NCBI GenBank assembly: GCA_036785375.1
Contig: JAWMAR010000252.1
Coordinates: 62,001-126,000 of the forward strand
Source of the DNA: Leucoraja ocellata
Taxonomy: Eukaryota
DNA length: 64,000 nt
Reading direction: 5' to 3'
The notes under the pieces were generated by a model. It was given only the letters and a program-made list of their open reading frames with translations, was not told where the DNA came from and ran no database searches. Positions within the stretch are counted from its first letter, which is position 1, and each line of letters begins with the position of its first letter. The position numbers and the translations under genes are program-made. This document shows positions 25,571-39,784 of this stretch, piece after piece.

Positions 25571-28392
25571 TTTGAGACTCAAAATGTCATGAAAAATTCT
25601 CATATTTTTTATTCTGAATTCCTTAGACCATACTGTGAGAATTGAGTGCTTCAACATTTATGCAACAAGGCTCAGCAATCTGCAAAAACTTGGACTTTGT
25701 AAACAGCAAACAAATTGCATTCACTAGTAAACTATAAATGCCGGCATCAAAATGCTTCAAATCTTGTTTTCCTAATAAAAACCAACTAGTGCTAATTATA
25801 AGTACACTGGCATCCATTAACAATGATTAAAACAGACAGACTCACCATTAAAACAGAAGAATCTTCAGACAGCAATCCAGAAAGTTAAGAGTATAAATTT
25901 CAATTGACTACTTCATTTTACTGAAATCAGATTTTTAAAAAATGAAATACAGCCTTTGTCTTATTTATCCATCATGGAATTTCAATTGGATTACACAGCT
26001 CAACTCTGAATGTTCATATTTCTTCCCTTCGAACCATTGAATTTTGCACAATAACAGTTACTGCCTTAATACGGATACATCTACCAATAATTCTACCACT
26101 ATGAACAAGAATATATTATTTCTCCTCCTGGACTTTCCCTGTGGGTCAGAGATGACTTGTATCCATTCAGTTCCTTTGTCTACCCGCCTCTAGCCACGAC
26201 AACCCCCCACAAAAATCCTCAGCCAAACTGCAAATATTTACACCAATTCAATAATTTGCTTGAATTTCCTACAAGGCTATTATTTGAAATAAATGCATCA
26301 TTATTTTTGAAACTTGCTATGAAATATTCCATAAACGCTTGAAAAAAAGAACACTTTCTGGGCAGTGCATGAGGTTTTGCAAGATGAAGGGTTGAAAGAA
26401 AAAGCAAAAGAACCAAATGTGTAGGAAGGAACTGCAGATGCTGGTTCAAACCAAAGATGGACACAAAATGCTGGAGTAACTCAGTGGGACAGGCAGCATC
26501 TCTGGATAGAAGGAATGGGTGACGTTTTGGGTCGAGCAACATAATCAAGTTATGTTTCCCCGAATTATGAATTACTGCTGACCAGTTCAATCACATGCAA
26601 GATAGTTGTATAAAGAAAGTAGTATGGCTGTTTGGAAAAAGTCCTCAAATCTAATTAAAAAAGTTGTTTGATGTGAATCAGTCAGTTGATCTAGAAATGA
26701 GCCGCAGTGGATGCAACTAAAACAGGAAATTACTGACCTCAAAAGACAGATGTTTTAACAATGGAAAGCAATCCGATAAACAAAGGAAGAAATACAGTCT
26801 GGAAGTTCACACAGTTAACCAAATTTACACAGATCATTATCATCATGTTGTGACATTGTGTTTGATAGAACAGACCCTCGGAGTTCAACAGATCAAAGGT
26901 AGCTGCAGGATATCACATCTGACTGTGACAGGCCATCAATTTAACAAACTTTATGAAAGCTCCTACACACAGAGCCTTTTTAAGTGCTCATGCTATGATA
27001 TGAAGTGGAACCTGATATTACATAGTACATTAACTACCAGTTATCAAACTTGCTCACTCCTTGAGAATGAGTTGCAATCAATGATGCTTTAGCAAAACTG
27101 ATTGGTGCTCCAAAGTAGGCAATACATATAATGTCAAAATATTAAAGAGGTGATAAAAATTATAAATATAGTTTAATTATAAAATATTAAGCAACATTAT
27201 TTCCAAAATATAGCCAACATTAATTATACATTGAAAGTTTTTTTGCTAGTTAAACATTCATTGACAGAGTTAAACTACTGTTGCTTATTAACTTCTACAA
27301 CAGATACTGACGATAGTTTACTTTCAAAATTGTGACATGTTTGAGTGCAAACTTCAAGGTAGTTTGAAAGCCAGATATTCAATGTTTGGCCATAGAATAA
27401 TTTTTCATCGGTAACGGCATTCAGAGATATATTACAATATATGGATGGTTTGAGAAAGTAAATACGTTTTGTTTACCCAAAGACTTTAACTTGTAAACCT
27501 CAGTGACCCAAATAAATAAATAACCCAGTCAAGAAATTGCTTATTACTAATTCTTCAGCAACATCGTCATGCATCTCCTCTTTCAGTGATCCTTCCAGTG
27601 ATGTGATCAAACCATGCACCCGGAACTATACATATGGTTTAAATTTTACACTTTCAGCATTATCTGCTTACTCTCATATTCCATGCCAGAATCTATATAT
27701 GCATGTGTCTCATTATAAATTTTAAGTTTATCTGTCAATCTACACCGGTTTTGCTATCTTCAGGAGTCTATGAACCTGCACTTTAAGAGTTCTGGTCCTC
27801 TACATATTCAGCACCCTCGTATTTTATAATGCATTCCCTGCTCAAAAGTCACAAGATTCAACAAGTTTGAGACCAAATACTGCAGCCATTAGTTGCACAT
27901 GATGATCGCATGATTCTGCAGTGTAACACAGTCCAGCTGTGTTTCTGTCATGGATAAAAGACATCTCCACCTTAAAAGTACAGTTTGCCCATTAATCCAC
28001 TTTACAAGAGCAATTTTCACTTTTGTCAATGATTACATGAATTTAACAACCCATGAACCATCACCTTTCTCTTTAACAGTTATTGTTCAATTCCATTTCT
28101 AGATTTAGAAGTTGCTATAGTTCTTCTGAGGCAGTCTCTTGGGATTAAGGACAATTTATTACCACTCTGATTCTGTAGCTTCCGAGTTGGCTATCGAGAC
28201 CAATGTGGCTACTGCAGATACTTCCAGAGATGAAGCAGGTGAGTGGGTGGTTTGAGAGTTGCTGCCAACATAGGCAGGGCTTGTGTGTGTGTTTGACACA
28301 TGGACTCGGGGTTCTAAATATTATGCTCTCCACTTTGTGTGGCCATTTCTAAGATCAGTGTGGATACTTCATTTTTCAAATAGCCAAATACA

Positions 28393-28450
<58 letters not shown>
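28393..28450. repeat. (TC)n(TA)n microsatellite
   Basis: Direct reading. Confidence 0.95.
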
Positions 28451-28452
<2 letters not shown>

Positions 28453-29400
28453 CATGACTACTGCCAGACACAGCTCCAAGCCAATTTTTAAATTTACAGA
28501 CAATACCACCATAGTTGTAGGAATAATGGGTGATGATTAGGCAGAATACAGGAGGAGCATTTATAATCTTATTCAATTATGCTCCCAACATTAGCAGAAC
28601 AAAGGAGATAATTATTTACTTTGGGAAGGGAAAACTGAGGATCCATGAACCAGTCTTCATCAAGGGGACGATGGTGGAGAGTCAACAGCTGCAAGTTCCT
28701 GGGTATACATACCTCTGAAGCTCTGTCCTGGGCATAGCACATTGACGAATTGATAAATAAATCTCATCAATGACTCAATTTCCATAGAAGATTGAGGAGA
28801 TTTGGTATGTTAAGGAATACGCCATTGAACCTTGACAGATCTACAACACACTGGCTGGTTGCATTATTGCCTGGTTTGGGAACTTGAATGCCCAGGAATG
28901 AAGGCGGCTTCAGAAAATGGTAGATATTGTCTAATCCATCATGGGTACTGATCTCCCCACCATCAAAGCCACCTCAAAGACTACAAAAGCAGGCAGGTGA
29001 CGTTGCCACAACAAGGCAACTATAAGGAAAGACTCGTATCACCCTGGCCATGCTCTCATCTTGCCAATAACATCAGGAAAAAGATACAGAAGCCTGAAGA
29101 CTATAATCTCCAGTTTCAAAAACAGCTTCTTTCCAGCAAACATCTGGCTCTTGAACATAGACAACACTAACCACAATCTTACCTCAGCAACTATGATCTA
29201 CTATAGACTTTGTTTTGCTTGCATTGCAGACTTACATTTTGATCTATTATGGGCCAATTACCTAGCAGTACTGATTATTAATTTATTATAGATATTTGAA
29301 TATTGTGTTTTCACATTAATGAAACTCTAAAGCTGCATCAAGTCAGAATTTTATTGTTCTATTACTGGTACTTAAGCAATTAAATATGATTCTTGACATC
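28451..29400 (+). mobile_element. Decayed Rex1/Babar-type LINE 3' half
   Basis: ARHSSKPIFKFTDNTTIVVGI (degenerate FADD motif); SGKRYRSLKTIISSFKNSFFP. Confidence 0.75.
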
Positions 29401-29759
29401 CTTAAATCGTTTCAGCTATCTGCTTGGTAATTTATTTCCAAAGCAGAGAATGGTATCAGGTTTGGGACTCTCATGCTAGGCATGTGAATGAGATAGCTGT
29501 CCAAAGTCCTCAAGTATAATGAGAGCTTCTTTGCTGGGGATCTAAAATGAGATTGCTGGGAAAATCTAGGTAGTCAGGCTGCAGCTGTGGGAAGAGAAAT
29601 GGATAAGCATTTCAGATTTTGAGACCCTTTGTCAGAACTCACGAGGATTCTATGACCTATAATATTGTCTTTCTGTCTCTTCCCACAGATACAGACCAGC
29701 CTGTTCTTATCTCAGATTTTGATTTTTTTTGTCTTAGATTTTTAGCATCTGCAATATTT

Positions 29760-30350
29760 TGATATTCAATGCTGTGGTTGTTGACATTGGAAAGGAGAAC
29801 AATGCTGGCTTGTCCATTCCTCAAATTTATAAACTGCATTGGTGCCCACTCTATGTAGCCCAGTTCTCACACCAAAATATTGCAGGAATTCCACTGACTG
29901 GTACACCACACATTTTGCCCCAGGTCCAAGATCTTGATGTTCAAATCCAGCTTTCTTTAAGTAATCAAAGGCTTGGCTGACACTTGGGAGTTGCCAGTAA
30001 ATTTCATTTCCAAGATTATCAGAACCTTTATTGTTGAGCAACAAAAGGTCATGGGCACTGATTGTTGTTTCATTTTTCTTGGAGATGGTATCTGGTGAAG
30101 ATCATGCCCACTGTTTCACTGGATGGACGTAATATTTACACGGGGAAGAGATAATTGTGGAAGACCTATACTTGGCACCATTTGAAGTTGAATAGCAGGC
30201 AGCAGAGACCACCACTTCCTTGTTCTCATTTTGTCGTTACCAGCTTAGGCTAGCCTTCCTTCTTGGAAATTATTATGATCCCAGCAACTGAGCTCCAGGC
30301 ATATCATCCTCCTCCAATGTGGAAAATGAGATTGTGGTATTGTTTATGAA
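29760..30350 (-). mobile_element. Old RTE-clade LINE fragment
   Basis: NEIYWQLPSVSQAFDYLKKAGFEHQDLGPGAKCVVYQSV resembles the RTE post-RT region EI..RI..AS.AFG.L..RVF...DL...TK..VY.AV. Confidence 0.6.
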
Positions 30351-33079
30351 GCTCTTCATTTCTGCTTCAGTGTAGCAACCAATGAACTGATGGAATTAAC
30401 CATTTGGTATATTTGCTGATATGAATGATATGAACTCATTCACAACAAATTATTGCATTTAAATAAAACATATCAATTTACTGCAAATTCATTTTCTCCA
30501 ATATCATTGACTTAAAATTCCATTCTATGTTAAACAAGGCAGCATCATTGCCCCAATACATTCCACAAACTTTCCAAATTTGAATCATGGTCTAGTTCTA
30601 CAGTGTGTACATTATGCATGGACTTAATACTTCTTATGTCTTGAAACAGAATCTCACTTTGCGAATTTCAACAGGAAATCCCACAACAACTTTAGTCCAA
30701 GCAGTGGACTGAAAAAAGAGTTAATTTTAAAGCCTTATTAAAAAGTTTAAAGTTGAACATCGAGTTCTACAACTAATTCTCTACAAATCAAGTTGCAATT
30801 CATGATATTTTTTTTAATTAAACTTTATGAACTTGTAATGCACCATCCCAACTTCATGTACAAAAAAAATCAAAATATTAATGTAGTTTGATTGCACGTG
30901 ATAAAATGTACTATTCAGAAAGACACTAATGGTTAGTTAATGGTATAAAAAAGTGACAACATTTATTATGCAGCACATAATGTTAATTAATTTAGTGGTG
31001 GCAAAGGAAACCCACATATTAATATAGTTTAAAATTCATACATTTGAAAAAAAGGAATGCAAATTATAAACAGGAAGTGTCTATGTGTGCAGTCAATTCA
31101 TAATCTGGATCTTAATGTCTCGTTTCCTTTCCCAAAGGACCTCCCCTGCAGTACAAAGTCATTATATATTGCTAATGCTCTGGCCACTGTGCTGACTCTG
31201 CTGGAGTTCACCATAAAACCCAACGGTCCCAACGTATACTCTCCAGCAGGAAATTGCAGAACAGCGATTAGCAATAGGAATGCAGGCAGATGTTTATGAA
31301 GCTTAAACATCTCAAGTTAAACTATGCATCCCACTCAGTGGATTTCAACTTTGGCAACAGCATATATTCAGTATCATGAACCTGCACAGATGGGATGCAG
31401 TTACCAGTTTCCGTCCACATATTTTAACCATTTGTGATCAAATTATCTATTGACTGCTCTCCAGGATCAAGGACAGTCCATTTCACTACAGTTCAATGGG
31501 TTCCCAGGTGATTGATAAGACCAGCATGGGACTGGAAACTGCCTTCAATAAGGTAGGTTATCTATAATAGAGTGGATAGTTTATCGAAGGTGGTGCACCA
31601 CTTCTTCAGCCTTTATGATGCACGATTCAAATGAATGAACATCAATGTTATCCCAAACATTCCCCCTCCAAGGGCCAGAGATTATCACGTCAGTGAGGAT
31701 ATTATATTTGTTCAAGGCTTTGAGAACATCCTGTCCAACTGGTAATCTGTGTTTTGGGAATCTGGCATGGAAATGAAATGGCCTGTTCACTGGAGCCAAC
31801 TGTATGAAACAATGTTTTGATTATTCTTCCAGTGCACAACAGCAGTAGAAGTATCACTCTTGCGATTTGAGAGGCACTTGCAATTTGAGAGGCACTTGTT
31901 GTCCATGATTCAGAAGTGTTTAGGAAGATTTCATTTTGTTCCATGGGTTTTGTGCTGAAGCCTTTACTCTCTGGGTTAGTTTATTAGTGTATTCAAATAG
32001 AAACATACAATGATGAAACAATCCCTTTTGCCTATCGTTAACACTGATCCTCAATCACCCATTTTACAGTAATCCTACATTAATTGCTTCTTTAAATTTG
32101 CCCACATTCTCTTCAGGTCCTTTCAGATTCCACCACTCAAACTTGTGGCAATTTACTGGCCAATTAATCCACCAACCAATCTTTGGGATTTAAGGAAACC
32201 AAAGCACCTGGAGGAAACCAAGTGTCACAGGGAGAATCTATAAACTACACACAGACAGACTCCTCTCAAGACCAGAATGAAAGAACATAAATATAAGACA
32301 ATCACAAATAAATGCATTAATGCTACACAAAGAGCATTCTTTGTGCATGAAATGATTAGAAAATGAAACTCATGACAGTGAGATGACAGTACGAACATTA
32401 AACAAATTTCCTTAACAAAAGATGTTTTGATACAGTTGATAGCTAAATGCTGATAAATGCTGATGTAGGGATAGTCAGGAGGGATAGTTAATGTCTACTG
32501 GAGCATGGTGATTCATGACATTCATAAACAGAGGATTACAGGGTAAAAATGTCCATTTACTTGAAGTTACATTCTTAATCCTTTGGTATTTTGAAAGGTA
32601 TAATAAACCCATTATTTAAATTATCATTCATAAATTTTCAAAGACCACCACAGAAGGCGAATTCACTCCACATAGCATAACGGTCAACATCAATGAATAA
32701 AGCAATGCTATAGGACTGGACAACAGCCATTACCGTAATTTTTTTTTAAAGTGCTGAAAGTAGATCAAACAGCTTCTGTGGAGATAAAAGGGATGTGTCC
32801 ACATTTTGGGCTGAGCATGGGCACCATTCTGCTGAATACTTCTATGCCAGAATCTTTCCACATATTTCCCAAGTTGTACTAACATATTCCCCTACTAGGA
32901 ATTTCACCAGCACTGTACGTGTGTGATCTACATTGATATTGTACAAAGTAACAAAATACGATAAATGTCAGAGTTCAATAAAAATACCTCCAGTAATGTC
33001 CAAGAAATACCATTTGGATAATCAAAATTTACTTTGCATTAATTTCTCCCTTGATTATATTTGAAAACTTGAAATAAGG

Positions 33080-33712
33080 GCCCCCAACACCAGCAAAACC
33101 AAGGAACTGATTGTGAACTTTGGAAGGGGTAGGATGGGGACCCACAGTCCCGTTTATATCATGGTGGAAAGGGTCAAGAGCTTCAAATTCCTGGGCGTGC
33201 ACATCTCTGAAGATCTCTCCTGGTCCGAGAACACTGATGCTATTATAAAGAAAGCACATCAGCGCCTCTACTTCCTGAGAAGATTACGGAGAGTCGGTGT
33301 GTCAAGACTCTGACCTCCCTACCATCGAGGGGATCTATCGCAGTTGCTATCTCAAAAAGGCTGGCAGCATCATCAAGGACCCACATCACCTGGCCACACA
33401 CTCATCTCCCCGCTACCTTCAGGTAGAAGTTACAGGAGCCTGAAGACTGCAACGTCCAGGTTCAGAAACAGCTCTTCCCCACAGCCATCAGGCTATTGAA
33501 CGCAACGCAAACAAAACTCTGACCATTAATAGCCCATTATCTGTTTATTTGCACTTTATCTGTTTTATTAATTAATGTGTGTATATATTTATACAATGGT
33601 ATAGAGACTCACTGATCTGTTCTGTATTCATGCCTTCTATATTCTGTTGTGCTGAAGCAGAGCAAGAATTTCAGTGTCCTATCTGGGACACATGGCAATA
33701 AACTCTCTTGAA
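33080..33712 (+). mobile_element. Rex1/Babar-type LINE 3' fragment
   Basis: VERVKSFKFLGVHISEDLSWSENTDAIIKKAHQRLYFLRRLRR; tail GGCAATAAACTCTCTTGAA. Confidence 0.85.
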
Positions 33713-33744
33713 CATATGAACTAGAATGGGGCATATAAAAACAG

Positions 33745-34008
33745 GTCCCACCGAGTCCGCACTGACCAGCGATTCCCGCACACTTACACTATCTTACACA
33801 CACTAGGGACAATTTACAATTATACCAAGACCACCAAACCTTTAAGTCTTTGGTGTGTGGGAGGAAACATGAGATCCTGGCGAAAACCCACGCAGGTCAC
33901 AAAGAGAACATACAAACTCCGTACAGACAAGCACCCGTAGTCTGGATTGAACCCAGGTCTCTGGCGCTGTAAGATAGCAACTCTATCACTGCGCCACTGG
34001 GCTGCCAT
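33745..34008 (-). mobile_element. tRNA-derived V-SINE (HE1-like)
   Basis: Minus strand GGCAGCCCAGTGGCGCAGTGATAGAG (A box)...GGGTTCAATCC (B box), then the central V-like domain. Confidence 0.8.
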
Positions 34009-34396
34009 CTAAAAAAATTTCATGTAAAAAATTTCTTACAAGTACCTCAATTACATCAAGCTCCACTTTTTAGAATATGGAAAAACAACTTAACGATGAA
34101 ATTTAACCCATATTTTAGCACCATCACAAAACCCAAAACAGCTCAATAGGTTTTCTTTTAAAAAGAACTGCAGATGCTGGAAAAATCCAAAGTAGACAAA
34201 AAATGCTGGAGAAATTCAGCGGGTGAGACAGCATCTATGGAGAAAAGGAGTAGGTGACGTTTTGGGTCGAGACCATTCTTCAGATCAATAGGGTTTTCTT
34301 TGTGATGCTCAAATTACCAATATATACTGAACCAACTGTAGTTGTAATCTTGTGAGACAATTGATAACCGCCAACATTCCGTACACAGCTACTTAC

Positions 34397-34493
34397 TCAT
34401 ACATTCCACGTCGGGATCTCCCCAGAAGAATTCTTGGCAGTCACTGCAAGTTCGTCCTCCAAATCCAGCCAGGCATTGACACTGCCCTGTAAA
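34397..34493 (-). CDS. LAMB1: LAMB1 exon ~24 (LE), 97 nt
   Basis: cccag|[32 protein letters not shown]|gtaagt; not in the ORF track. Confidence 0.94.
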
Positions 34494-35001
34494 CTGGGGA
34501 AAATATACTATATTCAATTCATATTCATTATTTTTAATTATTGGAAGACAAGATGATCAAAATGTAAACTCTGCAAACAACCCCTTGATTTTGTCTAGCA
34601 CTTAAGATGAACAAAATACACTTCCAATGGTGTGCACATTCCTGGGACCAAATCTTGCTGAGAAAACAAGACCTTTAGCTTACATATTCACAAAATAAGG
34701 GGTCAGCCATTTAATAATGAAAAGAAGAATTTCTTCTGACTGGCTTCCAAATCTTTGGAATTCTCTAATTGAGGGAGCTATTGAGGCAGAAGCATTAAAT
34801 AGACTTAATGAAATACAATTTTCACACTTAACAGGAAATCGGCCTCTTGATTAAGTGAGGAGACATAAATTATCTATTTGTAACAGAGATGGGTATACAA
34901 GGGATCTAAAATAGGTATTTAAACAGGGTGTGAGCCAAGAGAAACCGTTACAATTAACAGAGGGGTCAAGAACAATGGGGCATAGAATGGAAGTAACATC
35001 G

Positions 35002-35440
35002 ATAGGACCAAGCGTAGGCTTAGCGATCGCCCAACACCTCCGCTCAGTTCGCAATAACCAATCTGATCGCCCAATGGCTCAGCACTTCAACACCCCCTCC
35101 CATTCCAAATACGACCTTTTTGTCCTGGGCCTCCTCCATGGCCAGAGTGAGTCCAACTGCAAATTGGAGGAGCAGCACCTCATATTTTGCTTGGGTAGTT
35201 TACACCCCAACGTTATGAACATTGACCTCCAATTTCAGGTAGTCCTTGCTTTCTCCCTCTTTCCCCTCCCCTTCCCAGCTCTCCCACAGCCCATGGTCTC
35301 CGCCTCTTCCTTTCTTCTTCCCACTCCCCCCACCCCCACATCAGTCTGAAGAAGGGTCTCGACCCGAAACATCACCTGTTCCTTCGCTCCATAGATGCTG
35401 CCTCACCCGCTGAGTTACTCTGTATTGTGTCTACCTTCAA
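35002..35440 (+). mobile_element. Penelope-like element 3' fragment (GIY-YIG C-terminus plus terminal repeat)
   Basis: AQHLRSVRNNQSDRPMAQHFNTPSH...KLEEQHLIFCLGSLHPNVMNID, then CTGAAGAAGGGTCTCGACCCGAAAC at 35346; ATAGGACCAA at both ends. Confidence 0.85.
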
Positions 35441-35849
35441 TAGGACCAACATTACTTCTTTCAAAATACAGTGATTAAAGCTTTGGATGGTATGGGTGGT
35501 GGCTTAAACTGAAGCATTGAAATGCTATTTCATCAAGTATCTGAAATCAAAGAATGTGCAGCGATGGGGAGGAGAACGTTGAAGCGTGGTGACTACTTGG
35601 ATTGCTTTTGGATCAAGAGAGTATGGACGTCATGGCCAGAATCTTGTGCTTCTGTGTCACAAACAATCCAAGACCATTAAAGCAATGAATTTTCTACAAT
35701 AAACCGGAGTTTTACAATCAGTTCTTAAGCTTTCCTTCTCTTCAATCCTTGTTCCCAATCATTGGGCAGTGCCATAAATGCCCAATTACCTCAGAACATG
35801 TGACAATAATAAGCTAAATTGTTTTTTTTCAATAAAGAAATGCTCTCAC

Positions 35850-36061
35850 CTCATTGCAAGATGCTGCACGTGAGTGGACTTCATTGCAATTGCAGAGTTC
35901 ACAGCCTGTTCCACTTGCCAGCTTCCAGGTATTAGGTGCGCAGTGATCACATGTTAAACCAACCACATTGGAAAGGCAAGGACATTGACCAGTGGTTTGA
36001 TTGCAATGGCATTCATCTGCTGATGGGCACTGTATTGTGCCCAAGTAATTACAGACACACA
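35850..36061 (-). CDS. LAMB1: LAMB1 exon ~23 (LE), 212 nt
   Basis: tttag|CVCNYLGTIQCPSADECHC...SRAASCNE|gtgaga. Confidence 0.95.
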
Positions 36062-36331
36062 CTAAAATTTAAATAAGAGACACACACTTATTACTTAAAG
36101 TCATATAAACTATACACAACAATGCTAATGAGTTAATATTCTGAATAAATATAAAAAATAAATCTAGCTCAATGAAAATAAAGCATACTTTGGATAAGTT
36201 GTTTTTGACAATGTGGCAGTAAATTCAACTTGGCAACAGAAATCTGCACCTTGAAGTTCTATTCCAGATTTGATAAACTAATACAAACTTATGTTCCACG
36301 TAGATTCGCAAACGATATTAAATGGCAGTAC

Positions 36332-37148
36332 TAATCAGAATCATACTTTATTAGCCAAGTATGTTCTGCACCATACAAGGAGTTTGATTTGCCATACTCA
36401 TACCAATAAAAAGCAACAAGACATATAGAATGCATGTTAACATAAATATCCACCACAGTGACCCCTCCACATTCCTCACTGTGATGGAAGGCGAAAAAAA
36501 TGTAAACCTCATCCGGATTCAGATTCAGATTCAATTTTATTTGTCATTGTCATTGTCAGTGTACAGTACAGAGACAACGAAATGCATTTAGCATCCCCTC
36601 TTTGTCCTCCTGCATTCGGGGTGTTCGAGCCTTCCGTTGACGGGACGATCTTGGCTCCCGTAGCCGGCGGTCGGGCCTCCATGTGGGGGCGATTAAGCTC
36701 CCGCATCGGGGGGGGGGGGGGGGGGGGCGGGGGATCTCAGCTCCCTCGCGCCGGGACGAACCTCCTGCGACATCAGTCAGATGTCATCAGAACCTCAAGC
36801 TCCTCGATGGTGAAATCCGCAGGCCACGGTTGGAGCGTCGATCCCAGGCAAGGGATCGCAGGCTTCGATGTTAAGTCCACTGCCCTGCGGTGGGGCTCAA
36901 AGTCAGTCTCGAGCAAGGCCGCCAGCTCAATGATGTTAGGCCGCAGAGCGACCGGAGATAGGATCCGGAAAACAAATCGCAATTGCATCTCCAGCAAGGT
37001 AAGAGATTAAAAAAAGTTTCCCCTAACCCCTCTCCCCCACATAAAACAAACAAGAGAACATTAACATACTTTAAAAACACACTGAAAATAACCAAAAAGA
37101 CGAAAAGACAGACAGTTGGCGAGGCCGCCATTGCTGACGGCGCCACCC
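36332..37148 (-). mobile_element. GC-rich SINE-like element containing a second nested tail (36517-36598)
   Basis: Same leader architecture as 39785-40601 and a shared CATCACAGTGAGGA pre-tail motif. Confidence 0.65.
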
Positions 37149-39377
37149 AATATTCCAGTAGAGCATAAATAATACCCATCATTCAATAATCACCAATAAC
37201 AAAGTGACATTATTCAACTGAAGAGTCCTTTGTGCAACGACCATACTTCAAAAGTAGTTAACACAATGTGAAATTCTATCTTGTAAACTGATATTATTTG
37301 GGGAAAAGAACAAAAACCCATAATGGAGTGAAATCATTAATTATTCTGTGGAGAAAGTCAGGGTTAATACAGAGCTATAAAGCCCACGGATAAAAAAAAA
37401 TACAAAATACTGATCCACCTTAAAATCCAAAACAAATTACGACTTATTTGTTATGCAGGCTAAATAAATTGACACATAAAAAACATTTGCTTGAGTGGTT
37501 TTATCTCATTCTAATGTTACAACCACCTTCCGCTCTACTCCCTGGTTTATATCCTGGGGGTTTTAGTTGGTGCACTGTGTCCCCTTTGCCCTTTCTCCAC
37601 AATGGTTACAGAGCTGTATGAACATAGCCACTCTGCTATGAATTACAGATTGCAATTCTGTGAAGATCATTCAGATTCTTACCATTAAAGGAAAGAGAAT
37701 GGATACACAAATAAAAATTAATTTAATCTGAAAAATGACTAAATCTCAATTGCTGCTGGTGAACAGTAACTCCAGCTTTCATTTTAATTACTTTGTTCTT
37801 TAATCAAAGGAAGCCCAGGAATCCCTCAATTGCCCTTGATTAGTTAAACAAAAACAAATCAATTGCTGCAGAACGATCAATCAGCAGGAGGGCCACTGGC
37901 CAGGAATGCTTTCAAATATTTTACCATTGTACTGAGGTTTTAAAATCATTCGTGTTTATTGTCAACCAAGTTAACATTTGCCAAGGAATGTGCAACCACA
38001 GGGAACAAACATATTGATCTGGTGATAAAAATCAAAGGAATGCTGTAAATCTGACCCAAGGGGGTGAAAAGTTATCCTCATTCCATTGGGAAATTCAGAT
38101 GAATTTAACAGGGATAATTAAAAACTCCATTATAAAGAAAAGATGAAAATAAAACTACAAGTACATATTTGGAGCATCTCCATGTCTACAGTTTTTGTTT
38201 AATTAATGAGGGTGGGCTTATTACTTGTCAATTTTAACAGCATGAACTACTAAATGTTAACTATCAGGAGAGCCGATTCCCCCCATCCCATTTATTCTAA
38301 CACCTGCTGTGTTGAAGATTATCCAGAACAAAGGACAGGATATCAAAAACACACGACTGGGTGTTACCTTACATTTCACTCAAAAGAAAAAGACTAGAAT
38401 TTAAAAGGAGTTTCTCTCAATCTCTGAATGCTTCATATGCATTGTAGGCAAGGAAAGGCAGCAGGCTGCAAGCAGCAAGCAAACCAACACTGCAGTGTAA
38501 TCATCAAATGGAAATTCGATTTGAAGTGATGTTTAACTGAAAGAATTCACACATTCCTTAAAGGAGAAGTTTGGGATATTTTATCTTCATCTCAGAGGGT
38601 AAATGGGAAAACCTCTATTTACCATCTTAAATGAAAGACAAGACATCTCACAATGCTGCATTCTCAACACAGCACTTTTTTTTGTGCTTGTGCCTCAGGA
38701 CGGGAGTATGTGAACACCTTCAAAAGATCGATATAGCTGTGAAGCATAACCAACATCTAAAAGAGAAGTATTATTGGAAACCTTATTTAGTTCCGAGCCA
38801 ATCACAACCTGAACTCAAGTGATGAAATAATCAATTATTTTCAGATTGTTTTTCCTTTAATACTAAGATTGCCAAATTGTCACTGACTTCTGCTTTTTTT
38901 TGCCAATGCAGCAAACCTCTAATCTTATCCAAAATTAGAGCATGCATGTACATTTAAAACAACCATGCTGATGTTAATCTGCCACATATGCTCCAGGTGC
39001 TGTTAAATCTTTCACAAAGTGTAAACAGACCAAAGCGAGCACAAATGAAACCACGCATTATACCAACAGGTGACACAACATAAAGGGTTGAATAATGCCT
39101 AAATGGATGAGAAGGCATACAAAAGATCAGAACTGCCACAAACAGATATTGTGAGCCAAAATAAATACAGAAGGATGTTGCAAATACCGATAAACTATTA
39201 ACCTGAACTAACTTTTTTCCTATCAGAGATGCTGTGGAGACTAGCATTTCCAGCATTTCCTATTTTTGAACATATTGGAGCCTTTAAAAGTAGTGTAAAT
39301 ATACAAGAGATAAAATGCAAAATCTATTCCATAATTATCAATTTTGTGTAGTTTACAAAATGTTTTGTGTATCTTAC

Positions 39378-39602
39378 TTATGCAGTTCTGTTGCACTGCA
39401 TTCCCATAATAGCCAGGCTTGCAGAGGTTGCAGTGTTCACCCTCGGTATGATACAGACATTTTAGACACTCTCCAGTTCGCTTGTCACAGGACTGGGGGT
39501 CAGTCACATCGATGTTGTTGTTGCATTGACACCCCTGACAATACCCTCTGGTCTCATTAGGGTTACCATAAAACCCAGATGCACATTCATCACATCTAGC
39601 AC
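39378..39602 (-). CDS. LAMB1: LAMB1 exon ~22 (LE), 225 nt
   Basis: gacag|GARCDECASGFYGNP...CLKCLYHTEGEHC...QQNCI|gtaaga. Confidence 0.95.
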
Positions 39603-39784
39603 CTGTCAAGGTAAAAGCAGTAAATTGTAAAAACAAGGGAAAAACACGCCTTGTAGTTACATGGAAACAGACAGCTGATGTTAATCCTCAACAGTACAAT
39701 TTGTAATTTAGCATATTCTGTTCCCATCTTTTGCTACCATTCCATGAAGTTTGATGTGATACTTGCCACAATCATTATTAACCC

